64,000 nt of DNA from an uncultured Oscillospiraceae bacterium. GTDB lineage: Bacteria; Bacillota; Clostridia; Oscillospirales; Acutalibacteraceae. Made by a program: the position numbers and the translations under genes. Positions 1-10,477 of the stretch are shown piece by piece. A model generated the notes under the pieces. It ran no database searches. It was given only the letters and a program-made list of their open reading frames with translations, and was not told where the DNA came from. Positions within the stretch are counted from its first letter, which is position 1, and each line of letters starts with the position of its first letter. The DNA lies in the NCBI GenBank assembly GCA_900552265.1, contig URZE01000003.1:23336-87335 (forward strand), read 5' to 3'.

Positions 1-510
1 TTCATTTACTCTCTGCAGACCTCGTGTTTCCTTGCCTCTGCGAATATCGAAAATCTTTTGTTCCGCAGAATTAAGCAGTTCCGAAGAATCTACATCTCCT
101 CCGGATGCATCATTAATTATTTCTCGTGCAGTGGTTACCAAGTTCCTTACGTTATACTTATCACGAACTATTTCTGCATAAAATTCAACATTTGAAACTG
201 TAGGCACAATCTGAGCAAGTTCCAAAAGATAAGACTTAAAATGATTATAATCGAGTTCGTCATTGGCCTTAATCTTGTCAAGAACCGTTACATAATCTAC
301 CGGTTGCCCAACTGTAAACATCTCTATCATTGCCGAATAAATTATTTTATGATTCGCAAGATAAAAATACTCCGGATTTATAAGTATTTCTGCAACTTTA
401 TTGAGACACGAGGAATCTATTAAAACAGACCCCAAAACCGACTGTTCGGCTTCAAGGCTGTACTGAAGTTTAAAACCATCAAAATCTGTTTTTACATTTT
501 CAAAATCCAA
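1..510 (-). CDS. dnaB: replicative DNA helicase DnaB, N-terminal part (gene continues beyond window start)
   Basis: Minus-strand translation from TTG at 510 (RBS GGAGGTGG 7 nt upstream) gives LDFENVKTDFDGFKLQYSLEAEQSVLGSVLIDSSCLNKVAEIL..., the conserved DnaB N-terminal domain motif (EAEQSVLG). No stop before the window edge. Not in the ORF track because it runs off the window. Confidence 0.6.
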   Translation of the reverse strand, partial: MDFENVKTDFDGFKLQYSLEAEQSVLGSVLIDSSCLNKVAEILINPEYFYLANHKIIYSAMIEMFTVGQPVDYVTVLDKIKANDELDYNHFKSYLLELAQIVPTVSNVEFYAEIVRDKYNVRNLVTTAREIINDASGGDVDSSELLNSAEQKIFDIRRGKETRGLQRVNE

Positions 511-530
511 ACCAGTCCACCTCCTCGGTG

Positions 531-1091
531 TTAAAGAGTACCTTTCATCCAACATCTATGGCACAAAGTGGTATATTTTTCTTCCCCGCCGATATCAATC
601 GTATTTCCTTCGTAAATTATCTTATCGCCGGAATACCGAGCGTTCATAATGGCTTTGGAACCGCATTTCGTACACATAGACTGTATTTCACGAATAGTGT
701 CACAAACTTCTATTATCCTCTTACTGCCTTCAAAAAGCCTACCGGAATAGTTGTCTTTTAAACCGTAACACATTACCATTACTCCGTTATCCGCCATATC
801 ACGCAACTCATCAACTTGAGACTCACTTAAAAACTGTGCTTCATCTACCATTATTATATCGTAAACAGCATTCTCTCCCAAAGTTTCTCTCACGGAAGCA
901 TCTCTGTCAAGAAAAAATGCTTCACTGGAAAGTCCTATTCTTGATTTTATAAGCGTTTTACCGTTTCTGGTATCTAAACTCGGTTTTAAAAAAGCAACCT
1001 TTCTGCCTTTTTCTTCAAAACTGAATTTTTTCATAAGAGCATTTGCTGTTTTACTTGAACCCATTACTCCATAATAAAAATACATCTTCAT
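531..1091 (-). CDS. tdk: thymidine kinase
   Basis: 186 aa. P-loop GVMGSSKT near the N-terminus, and C-terminal Zn-ribbon cysteines (CTKCGSKA...CHRC) typical of type II thymidine kinases. Confidence 0.88.
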   Translation of the reverse strand: MKMYFYYGVMGSSKTANALMKKFSFEEKGRKVAFLKPSLDTRNGKTLIKSRIGLSSEAFFLDRDASVRETLGENAVYDIIMVDEAQFLSESQVDELRDMADNGVMVMCYGLKDNYSGRLFEGSKRIIEVCDTIREIQSMCTKCGSKAIMNARYSGDKIIYEGNTIDIGGEEKYTTLCHRCWMKGTL

Positions 1092-1363
1092 TCGAAATAT
1101 CTCGCTTTCGCACTTTATGTGATATATTACGCAGTATAAAACAAAATCACTGCAAAACTTCTTTTTAAATAATTATAAATTTTTTTAAAGAAAATTGGAA
1201 GTAATTTTTTTCTGATTACAACATTCACACCAACGCATTTTATTCACAAACATTACGCTGGATTTCATTTAAAAAATACAGCATTCCATGTTCTTTAAAT
1301 ACACTTCAACACTCCACCATTTTACTTATACTAAATTTATTATTTTTCCTATGTAAAGTTTAT

Positions 1364-1822
1364 CTACTTCAGCATTCCCAGTTCAATACGTCTATTCAGT
1401 TCCCACATCGCAGTTCTATTGCTGTCATACTGTAACATTGTCCAGGCATTCTCATATGTTACCCAATCATACTCAATGTGTTCATGAGACAACCGCAAGG
1501 ACCTATTTCTCACTTCTACTGCAAATGCATATTCAGGAATTACAAAACATTCCTTTCCCCACATTGTTTCTGCATTCTTAAAGCAGTTAGCCGGTATGCT
1601 GCAACAGGTGTCAAGTTTAAAATAGTCACACATCGTAGAAATACCGGCTTCTTCGAAGGCTTCTCTTTTTGCCGATGCGATTATAGAAAAATCTTCATCC
1701 TCTCCGCCACCTGCTATGAATTGCCAAATGTTCATGTCCCTTCTTCTAAATAAACAAAATTGTATTTTATCACCCCTTATACAGTATGGAATAACCAAAA
1801 CCTGATATTTCATTCGTGCCAT
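1364..1822 (-). CDS. NUDIX hydrolase
   Basis: 152 aa. Nudix box GGGEDEDFSIIASAKREAFEEAGI (GX5EX7REUXEEXGU). AGGAG RBS 10 nt upstream of ATG. Confidence 0.75.
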   Translation of the reverse strand: MARMKYQVLVIPYCIRGDKIQFCLFRRRDMNIWQFIAGGGEDEDFSIIASAKREAFEEAGISTMCDYFKLDTCCSIPANCFKNAETMWGKECFVIPEYAFAVEVRNRSLRLSHEHIEYDWVTYENAWTMLQYDSNRTAMWELNRRIELGMLK

Positions 1823-1936
1823 GACTCGTTATCTCCTTAAATCCAAATTGTCTTATTCATTATATCATCAGACAAAGTACCGAGAAATAAATAACAAAAA
1901 GATCCACCGTAATTTATCAACATTACGATGGATTTA

Positions 1937-2026
1937 TGGCGGAGCGGGTGGGATTCGAACCCACGTGCGGTTGCCCGCAAACTGATTTCGAGTCAGCCCC
2001 GTTATGACCACTTCGATACCGCTCCA
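1937..2026 (-). tRNA. tRNA-Ser (anticodon CGA)
   Basis: 90-nt cloverleaf on the minus strand. Acceptor ggagcgg/ccgctcc, long variable arm, anticodon loop cuCGAaa, T-loop GGTTCGAATCC, encoded CCA. Confidence 0.8.
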
Positions 2027-2135
2027 TATATTACTTAAAACCATACGGCACTTTCTATTTTATTTATTAACTCAGCTTATGTCAATATTGAAAACCAAAA
2101 TTAATTTTAAGAAAATTTTTTTACATCACCTTATT

Positions 2136-2168
2136 TTGACAAAATAAACGCTATTTAAGTTTCATAAT
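2136..2168 (+). promoter_or_regulatory. spoIIG-type promoter: TTGACA (2136-2141), 21/22-bp spacer, CATAAT/ATAATA -10 (about 2163-2169); the -35 is embedded in TTTGACA (0A-box-like, one mismatch from TTCGACA)
   Basis: Read directly from the sequence upstream of spoIIGA. A consensus -35 with an over-long spacer is the architecture of Spo0A~P-activated spoIIG promoters in Bacillus. Confidence 0.4.
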
Positions 2169-2204
2169 AAAAAGTAAGACCTCATCATACAACGAAGGTG
2201 ACAT

Positions 2205-3065
2205 ATGAAACAAGTGTTATACGTTGATGTCCTTGCAGCCGTAAGCCTTTTCGTAAATTACTTTATCTTAGCGGCAACTTCAAGATTTCTGTGTATCAAA
2301 CCCAAAACTTCACGGCTGATAATAGGAGAAATATTAGGTGCAATATATTCATTATACATATTTTTTCCCGAACCTCATCCTTTGATTTCATTTACAATAA
2401 AGCTTTTTATGGCCGCTACAATAATTGGAGTGGTTTTCGGTATAAAAAATTTTAAACTCTTTATTAAAGCTCTTACTTGCTTCTATTTAATGAGTTTTGC
2501 TTTTTCAGGTGTTATGTTTTTTGTATGGTGTATCTGGAAACCAAACGGTATGACTATTAATAACGGAGTCGTATATTTTAATATTTCTCCGATAATTCTT
2601 ATTATCTCTACGCTAATTTCATACACCGCAATAGAAATAACGGGAAGAATAACAGGCAAAAAAGAAAACAAAAACAGGTGGTGCGAAGTAAATGTACAAT
2701 TAAACGGAAAAAAGACTTTGTTTAGGGCAAAGATAGACACATGTAATTCTTTGAGAGAACCATTTTCCAATCTGCCCGTAATAGTTACAAGACAAAACAC
2801 ATTGACTTCTCTGCTGCCTGAAGATATTTCACTTAAAATAACCTCAGATGACGAATCAGAAAAAAATATTTTTCGAAAAACAAATCTTAAAATACGTGTA
2901 ATTCCTTTCAGAACTGTTTCCGGCGAAGGTTTACTCCCTGCTTTTAAACCCGATTTTATTTGCACCTCAGACGGAACTAAAAAACAAGCTTATATTGCAG
3001 TTTGTCCGGATAAAATTCTTCCAAAAGAAACTCCGGCTCTGATGAATCCCGATCTTCTGGATTAA
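2205..3065 (+). CDS. spoIIGA: sporulation sigma-E processing peptidase SpoIIGA
   Basis: 286 aa. N-terminal polytopic membrane domain (about 5 TM). C-terminal domain has the aspartic-protease-like motif IDTCNSL (canonical DTGN). Immediately followed by a pro-sigma-E gene. RBS AAGGTGA. Confidence 0.75.
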   Translation: MKQVLYVDVLAAVSLFVNYFILAATSRFLCIKPKTSRLIIGEILGAIYSLYIFFPEPHPLISFTIKLFMAATIIGVVFGIKNFKLFIKALTCFYLMSFAFSGVMFFVWCIWKPNGMTINNGVVYFNISPIILIISTLISYTAIEITGRITGKKENKNRWCEVNVQLNGKKTLFRAKIDTCNSLREPFSNLPVIVTRQNTLTSLLPEDISLKITSDDESEKNIFRKTNLKIRVIPFRTVSGEGLLPAFKPDFICTSDGTKKQAYIAVCPDKILPKETPALMNPDLLD

Positions 3066-3085
3066 AATTTAAAAGGAGAATCATC

Positions 3086-3820
3086 ATGAAAACATGTTTT
3101 AATGTGGTATCTGAAAAAATTAAAAAATTTCTTATTTTATTTAAAAAATTACTTTTCATAAGCAAAAAAGAAATTCATTACATAAACGGTCCCGAAACTC
3201 TTCCCCCACCTTTATCACGCAAAGAAGAAGCAGAAATAATGCAAAAAATATCCGAGGGAGCTCCCGAATCAGTCCGTGAACCGCTCATTACTCACAATCT
3301 TCGCCTTGTTGTTTATATAGCTAAAAAATTCGATTCTTCCGGAATTCCCATAGAAGATTTAATCTCCATCGGAACAATCGGGTTAATAAAAGCTGTAAAT
3401 ACTTTTTGTCCTTCCAAAAACATAAAATTGGCTACATACGCTTCAAGGTGCATAGAGAACGAAATACTTATGTACCTCAGAAAAACCGCTCAAATAAAAA
3501 ACGAAACCTCAATTGACGAACCTCTTAACGTAGATTGGGACGGAAATGAATTACTGCTTTCCGACATCCTCGGCAGTGACCAAAATATAGTTATGGCACG
3601 TTTAGAACAAGAAACCGAATGTTCACTGGTAAATGAAGCTGTTAAAAATCTCGCAGAACGAGATAAAATAATTATGGAACTCAGGTTTGGTCTTTCAGGT
3701 AAAAAAGAACACACTCAAAAAGAAGTCGCTGATTTAATGGGTATATCACAGTCTTATATTTCACGTTTAGAAAAAAGAATTATAGAAAAATTGAAAAAAG
3801 ATATAGAAAAAATATCTTAA
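3086..3820 (+). CDS. sigE: RNA polymerase sporulation sigma factor sigma-E (pro-sigma-E)
   Basis: 244 aa. N-terminal pro-sequence with [13 protein letters not shown]. Sigma-70 region 2 ([11 protein letters not shown]), region 3, and region 4 HTH ([21 protein letters not shown]). Placed directly downstream of spoIIGA. RBS AAGGAG. Confidence 0.85.
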   Translation: MKTCFNVVSEKIKKFLILFKKLLFISKKEIHYINGPETLPPPLSRKEEAEIMQKISEGAPESVREPLITHNLRLVVYIAKKFDSSGIPIEDLISIGTIGLIKAVNTFCPSKNIKLATYASRCIENEILMYLRKTAQIKNETSIDEPLNVDWDGNELLLSDILGSDQNIVMARLEQETECSLVNEAVKNLAERDKIIMELRFGLSGKKEHTQKEVADLMGISQSYISRLEKRIIEKLKKDIEKIS

Positions 3821-3990
3821 CGTTAACACTACGTATAATTTTAAAAACTATACCAAAAAATAAAATCCCTGAGTATATAATAATTTTAAAATAATCTGAA
3901 AATGCATAATAAAATTTTTATACCCTTAAATCGATCGCATAAGATGAAAAACTAAAAGTGAAAAGTATTTAAAAAATTTGAAATTTCTTG

Positions 3991-4020
3991 TTGACAAACA
4001 AATCGAACGTGTGATACAAT
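3991..4020 (+). promoter_or_regulatory. sigma-A promoter of the tRNA operon: TTGACA, 18 bp, TGaTACAAT (extended -10)
   Basis: ttgttgacaaacaaatcgaacgtgtgatacaat lies about 20 nt upstream of the first tRNA. Confidence 0.5.
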
Positions 4021-4039
4021 ACGTTATGTCAATTGAGGT

Positions 4040-4113
4040 GCGGGTGTAGTTCAATGGTAGAACTTCAGCCTTCCAAGCTGATAGCGTGGGTTCGATTCCC
4101 ATCACCCGCTCCA
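4040..4113 (+). tRNA. tRNA-Gly (anticodon TCC)
   Basis: gcgggtgtagttcaatggtagaac...ccTTCCaag...gggttcgattccc...cacccgctcca. Cloverleaf with CCA. Confidence 0.85.
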
Positions 4114-4150
4114 ATTCGCCGGTCTGATTTGCGACGTGGTGCTGACATCT

Positions 4151-4227
4151 GCGCTAGTAGCTCAGCAGGATAGAGCAACTGCCTTCTAAGCAGTAGGTCA
4201 GGGGTTCGAATCCCTTCTGGCGCACCA
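4151..4227 (+). tRNA. tRNA-Arg (anticodon TCT)
   Basis: gcgctagtagctcagcaggatagagc...ctTCTaa...ggttcgaatccc...tggcgcacca. Confidence 0.85.
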
Positions 4228-4236
4228 TGAATATAT

Positions 4237-4314
4237 GGTGGATATAGCTCAGTTGGCTAGAGCGCCAGATTGTGGCTCTGGAGGCCATCGGTTCAACTCC
4301 GATTATCCACCCCA
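4237..4314 (+). tRNA. tRNA-His (anticodon GTG) with the extra 5' G(-1)
   Basis: g-gtggatatagctcagttggctagagc...ttGTGgc...ggttcaactccg...tatccac-c-cca. G-1 is present, as is typical of tRNA-His. Confidence 0.85.
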
Positions 4315-4338
4315 TTCAGTTTAATTTTAAATTTATAT

Positions 4339-4413
4339 TGGGGTGTCGCCAAGCGGTAAGGCAATGGACTTTGACTCCATCATTCGCTGGTTCGAATCCA
4401 GCCATCCCAGCCA
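4339..4413 (+). tRNA. tRNA-Gln (anticodon TTG)
   Basis: tggggtgtcgccaagcggtaaggc...cTTTGac...ggttcgaatccagc...catcccagcca. Confidence 0.85.
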
Positions 4414-4437
4414 TTTTTTATTTTGTATAATTTATAA

Positions 4438-4513
4438 GAGCCATTAGCTCAGTTGGTAGAGCACCTGACTTTTAATCCGGTTGTCCGGGGTTCGAGTCCC
4501 CGATGGCTCACCA
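4438..4513 (+). tRNA. tRNA-Lys (anticodon TTT)
   Basis: gagccattagctcagttggtagagc...ctTTTaa...ggttcgagtcccc...atggctcacca. One mismatch (T-C) in the anticodon stem. Confidence 0.8.
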
Positions 4514-4517
4514 GTTT

Positions 4518-4546
4518 AAACCACTTGAAACAAGTGGTTTTTTTAT
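4518..4546 (+). terminator. rho-independent terminator after the tRNA cluster
   Basis: Hairpin aaaccacttg-aaa-caagtggttt followed by a T7 run. Confidence 0.7.
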
Positions 4547-4981
4547 TATTTTCATTTATATAATTGACTTCAATATGTAAGATCACGTTTTCGGTTCGAC
4601 TTTCTATTACTTAACCGTAAACATAACCAAACTTATATTTTTATCTACACAAATACACACAAAAGTATCATATACATAATATTTAAAAGTTTGAATAATC
4701 AATTTTTTGAATTACATGCATGTGCTGTATTTAAATCACGCAATTCATACTCAAAGCCTAACACTATACTTCCATATTCAATAAAAAATAAAATTAAACA
4801 TGTTTAAATTCTCCGATATACACTGTCGAATAAATACGATAGATAAGACGTTTCTACAATTATTTGACCATTTAAGGTGCTTCAAATTCAGACGTATAAT
4901 ATAATACATTTTTTAATATAAAAAATATGAGCGATTTTTTATAAAAACACTCATACTTCTTAAATATATCTATTTAACTTA

Positions 4982-5950
4982 TTAGCTTCGACATTTTTTA
5001 CATAACTCATCTACTTTGTTAGATTTGTTAGTTTTTTCACACAGCTTACCAGGTTCGCTAACCTTTTTATGTAATGCACTCACTTCATTAGAATCGTTGG
5101 TATTTTCACACAGTTTTTCAGGTTCGCTGACTTTTTTATGTAATGCACTTACTTCATTAGAATCATTGGTCTTTTCACACAGTTTTTCAGGTTCGTTAAT
5201 TTTTTTATTTAATTCACTTGCTTTAATTGACTCTTTAATTTTTTCACATACCTTGTCAGTCTCTTTAATTTTTTTACCCAACTCATCTAATTTATTTGAT
5301 TCATCTTTCATCAACTTAGCTACACACTTACGGAAATCGTCCATATTTTTTCCCCAATGAATCCACCAGTGCTCAGGATCGAGGTGACGTGAGGTAATAC
5401 CTCTTTTACCTCCTTCGGCATGACTAATAACATCTTTCTCCGGATCTAATTTATAAATTTTACACAACGTCGCAGTTAAAAGAACCATATTATCCCAACG
5501 ACGTTTAAAATCTTCCTTGGCCTCTTCACTGGTAAAATCGCTCTTATCTTTTATTATTTCTGTCTTATCGGAATTATACACTATGTTTTTCGGCTCACAC
5601 ATTTCTATTCCAATACAATTATTGTTACAAGAACCTCCACAGTGCCAACCTCTTTGATCTGATGCTAAAGTCTGAACCATATCATAACGGCCCATAAAAA
5701 AATGAACACCCTTAAGTACACCACTTTTATTCCAACGTTCCTTCCAACCTTGTGGTTCAACACCCGGACACGCAGTTGAGTGTATAACTATTCCCTCGAC
5801 TGAAATTTTTCTTTCTTCAATAAAGCAGTCACTCTTATCAAATATACACCTCACATACTCACAATCACATGCAAGAAACGAATTCGTCGAAGAAACAGCA
5901 ACACCTGCCGCTAATAAAAAAGCCAAAAATCTTGAAACCTTTTTAATCAC
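4982..5950 (-). CDS. secreted/lipoprotein N-acetylmuramoyl-L-alanine amidase (Amidase_2/PGRP fold) with C-terminal 23-aa repeats
   Basis: 322 aa. Signal peptide with a possible lipobox (FLAC). Zn-amidase-like core (VIHSTA...WHCGG...ISHAEGG...HLDPEHW). C-terminus has three to four degenerate copies of KLCEKTNDSNEVSALHKKVSEPE. Confidence 0.6.
   Translation of the reverse strand: MIKKVSRFLAFLLAAGVAVSSTNSFLACDCEYVRCIFDKSDCFIEERKISVEGIVIHSTACPGVEPQGWKERWNKSGVLKGVHFFMGRYDMVQTLASDQRGWHCGGSCNNNCIGIEMCEPKNIVYNSDKTEIIKDKSDFTSEEAKEDFKRRWDNMVLLTATLCKIYKLDPEKDVISHAEGGKRGITSRHLDPEHWWIHWGKNMDDFRKCVAKLMKDESNKLDELGKKIKETDKVCEKIKESIKASELNKKINEPEKLCEKTNDSNEVSALHKKVSEPEKLCENTNDSNEVSALHKKVSEPGKLCEKTNKSNKVDELCKKCRS
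5016..5290. repeat. about 69-bp imperfect tandem repeats (4 copies, decaying), coding, inside the amidase 3' region
   Basis: Repeating unit cagtttttcaggttcgctgacttttttatgtaatgcacttacttcattagaatcattggtcttttcaca is visible in the DNA. Confidence 0.7.
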
Positions 5951-6082
5951 TTAAAATCACCTTTCTATAAAAATCCTAATATTATTTTAGTTCAAAGCCA
6001 TATTACTGTCAATATTCTTACAAAAAATCCCCGCTATACCAAACGTAAAGCGGAGAAAATTTTATACCTATTAAATTTTTAA

Positions 6083-8695
6083 TTATTTCGGAAATTCTAA
6101 TATTCTCGGTGGGCGGTTATCTATACTCAACTTAAAGCACAGAAGCATCTTGACTGTATTTTCTCTGATTGCGTCAATCATAGCATCAAACATATCAAAG
6201 CCTTCCACACGATACTCAACAACCGGATCTCTCTGACCGTAAGCACGAAGATTAATTCCTCTTTTAAGTTCTTCCATTGCGTCTATGTGATCCATCCACT
6301 GCTCATCAACATTGGAAAGAAGTATAACTCTTTCAAGTTCTCTTGTTGAGGATTTTCCAAGAATCTCTTCATGTTTGGAATAAATTTCGTGGCAACGATT
6401 AATTATAAAGTTTTCAACTTCTTCGGCAGTCATACCAAGAGAATCTACTGAAGTGCAAGACAAATCTTCAGGAGTAAGCACCCATCCCATGTAATAACTT
6501 TTAAGTCCTTCCAAATTCCAGTTTTCGAGCGGAATATCTTTCGAGATATATCTTGAAACAACTTTCTTAACTGTATCGTCAATCATACTTTGAATCTGTT
6601 CACTTAAATCTTCACCGTCGAGAACTTTATTGCGTTGATCGTAAATAATTTCACGTTGACGGTTAAGCACATCGTCGTATTGAAGAACGTTTTTACGAAT
6701 AGCAAAGTTTCTTCCTTCTATTTTGCGCTGTGCCGACTCAATCGAACGAGTTAACATTTTTGCTTCTAACGGAACATCTTCTTCAACATTAAGTCGTCCC
6801 ATCCATGCTTGAAGCCTATCTCCTCCGAAAAGTCTCATCAGATCGTCTTCCAAAGATAAATAAAACCTACTTTTTCCCGGATCTCCCTGACGTCCGGCAC
6901 GTCCTCTGAGCTGATTATCTATTCTACGTGTTTCCGCACGTTCGGTTCCAATTACATAAAGTCCGCCGCACTTCCTTACTTCTTCGGCTTCACCTTTTAT
7001 TTCCTCTTTGAATTTATCATAAAATTCATTATATTTCTTCCTGGCTTCAAGAATTTTTTCATCTTCTGTTTCAGAAAATCCTGTGGCTTCGGAAATAACG
7101 TCATCCGAATATCCCAGTTTTTTAAGCTCTGCGACAGCCATATACTCTGCATTACCACCAAGTTTTATATCGGTGCCACGTCCGGCCATGTTGGTCGCTA
7201 TTGTAATTGCACCTTTTTTACCTGCTTGTGCTATAATTTGAGCTTCTCTTTCATGGTATTTCGCATTAAGTACCTCATGCTTTATACCCTTCGCATCTAA
7301 CATCACACTCAAAAGTTCGGATTTTTCTATCGAAGTGGTTCCCACAAGAACAGGTTGACCTTTTTTATGGCTTTCTATGATATCTTCAACGATTGCCTTA
7401 TATTTTGCTTTTTGTGTTTTATAAACAACATCAGGAAGATCTTGTCTTATTACCGGTTTATTAGTCGGGACTTCCACTATATCAAGTTTGTAAATTTCAC
7501 GGAATTCTTCCTGCTCGGTCATGACTGTACCGCTCATTCCTGAAAGTTTTGTATAAAGCCTGAAATAGTTTTGGAAAGTTATTGACGCAAGAGTTTTTGA
7601 TTCTTTTTCGATTTTTACATTTTCTTTCGCTTCCAGAGCCTGGTGAAGTCCTTCATTATATCTTCTTCCATACATAATTCTTCCGGTAAACTCGTCTACT
7701 ATAAGGACTTCTCCGTCTCTTACAACGTAATCTATGTCACGCTGCATAACACCATTAGCTTTTATGGCTTGGTTTATATGATGTTGAATAGTTATATGTT
7801 CGGGATCGGTAAGATTTTCTATATTGAAATATTTTTCAGCTTTCTCCACCCCGGATTTTGTAAGAGATGCAGTTTTTGCCTTTTCATCAACTACATAATC
7901 ATAGTCATTAAACAGTTCTTCGTTATCTTCTTTAGCGTTTATCTCCGCTACTTTTAACATTTTTAGTGTTTTCGCAAAGTTATCCGCAATAGTATAAAGT
8001 TCAGTCGATTTATCGCCCTCACCCGAAATTATAAGAGGTGTTCTCGCTTCGTCGATCAAAATGGAATCCACTTCGTCAACTATCGCAAAATTATGCCCTC
8101 TTTGAACCCTTGAAGCTCTATTGGTTACCATGTTATCACGCAGATAATCAAATCCAAACTCGTTATTGGTTCCGTAAGTTATATCTGCGGCATAAGCTCT
8201 GGCTCTTTGTGCTTTTCCGTATTCATTTATTATAAGACCGGTCTCAAGACCTAAAAATCTGTAAAGCTTGCCCATTTGTTCGGAGTCACGCTTAGCAAGA
8301 TAGTCGTTTACCGTTACTACATGAACTCCTTTACCCGTAAGAGCGTTAAGATAAGCAGGCAAAGTTTCCACGAGAGTTTTTCCTTCTCCGGTAGCCATTT
8401 CGCTTATTCTTCCCTGATGAAGAATTATTCCACCTATAATCTGTACCGGGAAATGACGCATACCCAAAACTCTATCCGAAGCTTCTCTGCACACCGCAAA
8501 TGCATCAGGTAAAATATCATCGAGAGTTTCACCGTTTTTCAAACGCTCTTTCAGAACAATAGTTTGCGACGCAAGTTCTTCGTCAGACATATTAAGGTAC
8601 TTCTTTTCCAAATTCAAAACTGCATCACATATGGGTCTGATGCGTTTAAGTTCACGTTTGCTGTAGTTTCCGAATAATAAATTTAAAAAACTCAT
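6083..8695 (-). CDS. secA: preprotein translocase ATPase SecA
   Basis: 870 aa. N-terminus [13 protein letters not shown]...DEELASQT. Walker A GEGKT. DEVD box. Conserved over the full length. RBS AGAGGTGG. Confidence 0.95.
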   Translation of the reverse strand: MSFLNLLFGNYSKRELKRIRPICDAVLNLEKKYLNMSDEELASQTIVLKERLKNGETLDDILPDAFAVCREASDRVLGMRHFPVQIIGGIILHQGRISEMATGEGKTLVETLPAYLNALTGKGVHVVTVNDYLAKRDSEQMGKLYRFLGLETGLIINEYGKAQRARAYAADITYGTNNEFGFDYLRDNMVTNRASRVQRGHNFAIVDEVDSILIDEARTPLIISGEGDKSTELYTIADNFAKTLKMLKVAEINAKEDNEELFNDYDYVVDEKAKTASLTKSGVEKAEKYFNIENLTDPEHITIQHHINQAIKANGVMQRDIDYVVRDGEVLIVDEFTGRIMYGRRYNEGLHQALEAKENVKIEKESKTLASITFQNYFRLYTKLSGMSGTVMTEQEEFREIYKLDIVEVPTNKPVIRQDLPDVVYKTQKAKYKAIVEDIIESHKKGQPVLVGTTSIEKSELLSVMLDAKGIKHEVLNAKYHEREAQIIAQAGKKGAITIATNMAGRGTDIKLGGNAEYMAVAELKKLGYSDDVISEATGFSETEDEKILEARKKYNEFYDKFKEEIKGEAEEVRKCGGLYVIGTERAETRRIDNQLRGRAGRQGDPGKSRFYLSLEDDLMRLFGGDRLQAWMGRLNVEEDVPLEAKMLTRSIESAQRKIEGRNFAIRKNVLQYDDVLNRQREIIYDQRNKVLDGEDLSEQIQSMIDDTVKKVVSRYISKDIPLENWNLEGLKSYYMGWVLTPEDLSCTSVDSLGMTAEEVENFIINRCHEIYSKHEEILGKSSTRELERVILLSNVDEQWMDHIDAMEELKRGINLRAYGQRDPVVEYRVEGFDMFDAMIDAIRENTVKMLLCFKLSIDNRPPRILEFPK

Positions 8696-8983
8696 ACAAC
8701 CACCTCTTATGGTATTAATTAAAATAATAAATTTCGAATCAGGTACAAATCTTAACGGCTAAAACCATTGTATTTCAAAATAATAAAAAAATCTACCAAA
8801 AACATTAAAATTTCCTGACATTTTAAATTCAAAACTTTTGTTTAAAGGATTATATCACATTCTTTGGTGAAAATCATCAAATTTTTCAAAAAATATTTAA
8901 ATTTTATAATTAAATTTTTGTTAAACAATAAACTATAATATTTGTATGACACTACTTAATAACAAACTAAAGGAGAATTTACT

Positions 8984-9487
8984 ATGAAAAATTTTGAAAA
9001 AATATTCGGTCTTATGCAAACCTCATTCCCTGAAAACGAATTCAGAACTTTCGAAAATCAAAAAAATTTGCTTAAAAATCCACACTACAAAATAATAACC
9101 AAAGAAAACGAAAAGAATGATATTATTGCATTTCTGGCTTTTTGGTCGTTTGAAAATTTCAATTTCATAGAACATCTTGCCGTAGACCCTTCTTGCAGAG
9201 GTAAAGGAACAGGGACAAAAATTGTATCTGATTTTATAAAGGAAAACTCATCAAAACCAATTATCCTTGAAATCGAGCCTCCAACAGACGAAATCAGCAT
9301 TAAAAGACTTAAATTTTACGAAAAACTTGGATTTAAACTGAATAATTATGAATATTTTCAGATTCCTCTCAGAGAAAATCAAACACCGTTCAAACTCAAC
9401 TTAATGAGTTATCCTGAAAAATTAACTCCTGAAGAATTTGAAAATATAAAAAATAAAATACACTCCAAAGCGTACAGGGCCAACTAA
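8984..9487 (+). CDS. GNAT family N-acetyltransferase
   Basis: 167 aa. Acetyl-CoA binding motif HLAVDPSCRGKGTGTKIV. RBS AAAGGAG. Confidence 0.7.
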   Translation: MKNFEKIFGLMQTSFPENEFRTFENQKNLLKNPHYKIITKENEKNDIIAFLAFWSFENFNFIEHLAVDPSCRGKGTGTKIVSDFIKENSSKPIILEIEPPTDEISIKRLKFYEKLGFKLNNYEYFQIPLRENQTPFKLNLMSYPEKLTPEEFENIKNKIHSKAYRAN

Positions 9488-9511
9488 CTCGATATTACTG
9501 CTATGTAATAT

Positions 9512-10477
9512 TTAAAACTCTTTCTTTATGCTTCTTAAAAATAATTCGGAAATGGCTTTTTGAGGTACAATCTTAGCTGTTACCGAGTTATATACCGCTC
9601 GACAAATCGGTAATTCTACTCCGTATTTTTCCCCGAGATTCACCATAGCATGAGATGTTGCCACACCTTCGGCCAATTTATCATAAGGTTTCCCGGTTAC
9701 AAGCAATTCACCGAATTTTCTGTTATTGCTGTGAGAAGAAAAAAGAGTTGCCTGATAATCTCCCAAATGCGCCAAACCATAAGCCGACATTTCACTGCCT
9801 CCCATGGCTTTAATAAGTCTTGCAACTTCACGTGTGCCTCTTGACATAAGAGCCCCTTTAAGCGACTCATAACTCATTCCATCGAGTATACCCGCAGCTA
9901 TTCCCATAACGTTTTTTGCTGCAGCACCTATCTCGCTTCCTATCATATCAACTCCGTAATAAAACCTTATAAGTGAACTTGAAAACTGTTCAACAAGAAA
10001 ATTTTTAACATCGTCACTTGAAGAATCAATTACCATGCAATTGGGAATTCCTCTTGCAAAATCCTGAACATGTCCCGGTCCTACCCAAACCGCCACCTGA
10101 GTACTTTCTCCCAAACACTCTTTAACCACTTCGGAGAGGCGTTTTCCGGTATTCTCTTCAATTCCTTTCATACATAAAACAAAAATTTTATCTTTTAAAT
10201 CCACTCCACAAAATTTTATGCTTTCAGCTAAATCACGCAGTGCTTGAGCACTTATCGACACAATTAAAATATTTGATGATTCTAAACAATCTTTCAAATC
10301 ATCCGTAATCGATATGCTTTCCGGAAAACTCAAATATGAATTGCGTCGAAAAGTCTTTATTTCGGTCAAATGAGTTGAACCTTTTCTTCCCCACATCTTT
10401 ACTCCATGACCGATTTTATCAAGATACCACGCTATAAAAGAACCCCATCTTCCACATCCCAAAACAGATATTTTCAA
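9512..10477 (-). CDS. gpsA: NAD(P)H-dependent glycerol-3-phosphate dehydrogenase-like protein
   Basis: 321 aa. N-terminal Rossmann motif ISVLGCGRWGSFIAWYL. GpsA-like C-terminal domain. TTG start with AGAGGGA RBS. Confidence 0.65.
   Translation of the reverse strand: MKISVLGCGRWGSFIAWYLDKIGHGVKMWGRKGSTHLTEIKTFRRNSYLSFPESISITDDLKDCLESSNILIVSISAQALRDLAESIKFCGVDLKDKIFVLCMKGIEENTGKRLSEVVKECLGESTQVAVWVGPGHVQDFARGIPNCMVIDSSSDDVKNFLVEQFSSSLIRFYYGVDMIGSEIGAAAKNVMGIAAGILDGMSYESLKGALMSRGTREVARLIKAMGGSEMSAYGLAHLGDYQATLFSSHSNNRKFGELLVTGKPYDKLAEGVATSHAMVNLGEKYGVELPICRAVYNSVTAKIVPQKAISELFLRSIKKEF

Noticed and set aside
2483-2965. Antisense ORFs inside spoIIGA, sigE, spoIIE, ftsZ, ABC transporters, polC etc. 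(e.g. 20547-20891, 11724-12029, 28060-28281, 48038-48352)
   Set aside because: They are fully embedded in the opposite strand of well-supported genes. There are no motifs supporting them.
3926-4114. 62-aa minus-strand ORF
   Set aside because: Entirely overlaps the tRNA-Gly gene and its promoter. It is an artefact of the tRNA sequence.
5016-5290. Tandem repeats considered as a possible CRISPR array (also 60405-60566)
   Set aside because: The repeats are contiguous with no unique spacers. They are imperfect and in-frame within protein-coding genes. No cas genes are present.
5016-5360. 114-aa plus-strand ORF with internal repeats
   Set aside because: It is the antisense frame of the amidase repeat region. 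The repeats belong to the minus-strand gene.
4546-5950. Possible integrated element at the tRNA cluster
   Set aside because: No integrase, recombinase, transposase or direct repeats of the tRNA 3' end were found. Only a single amidase gene follows.
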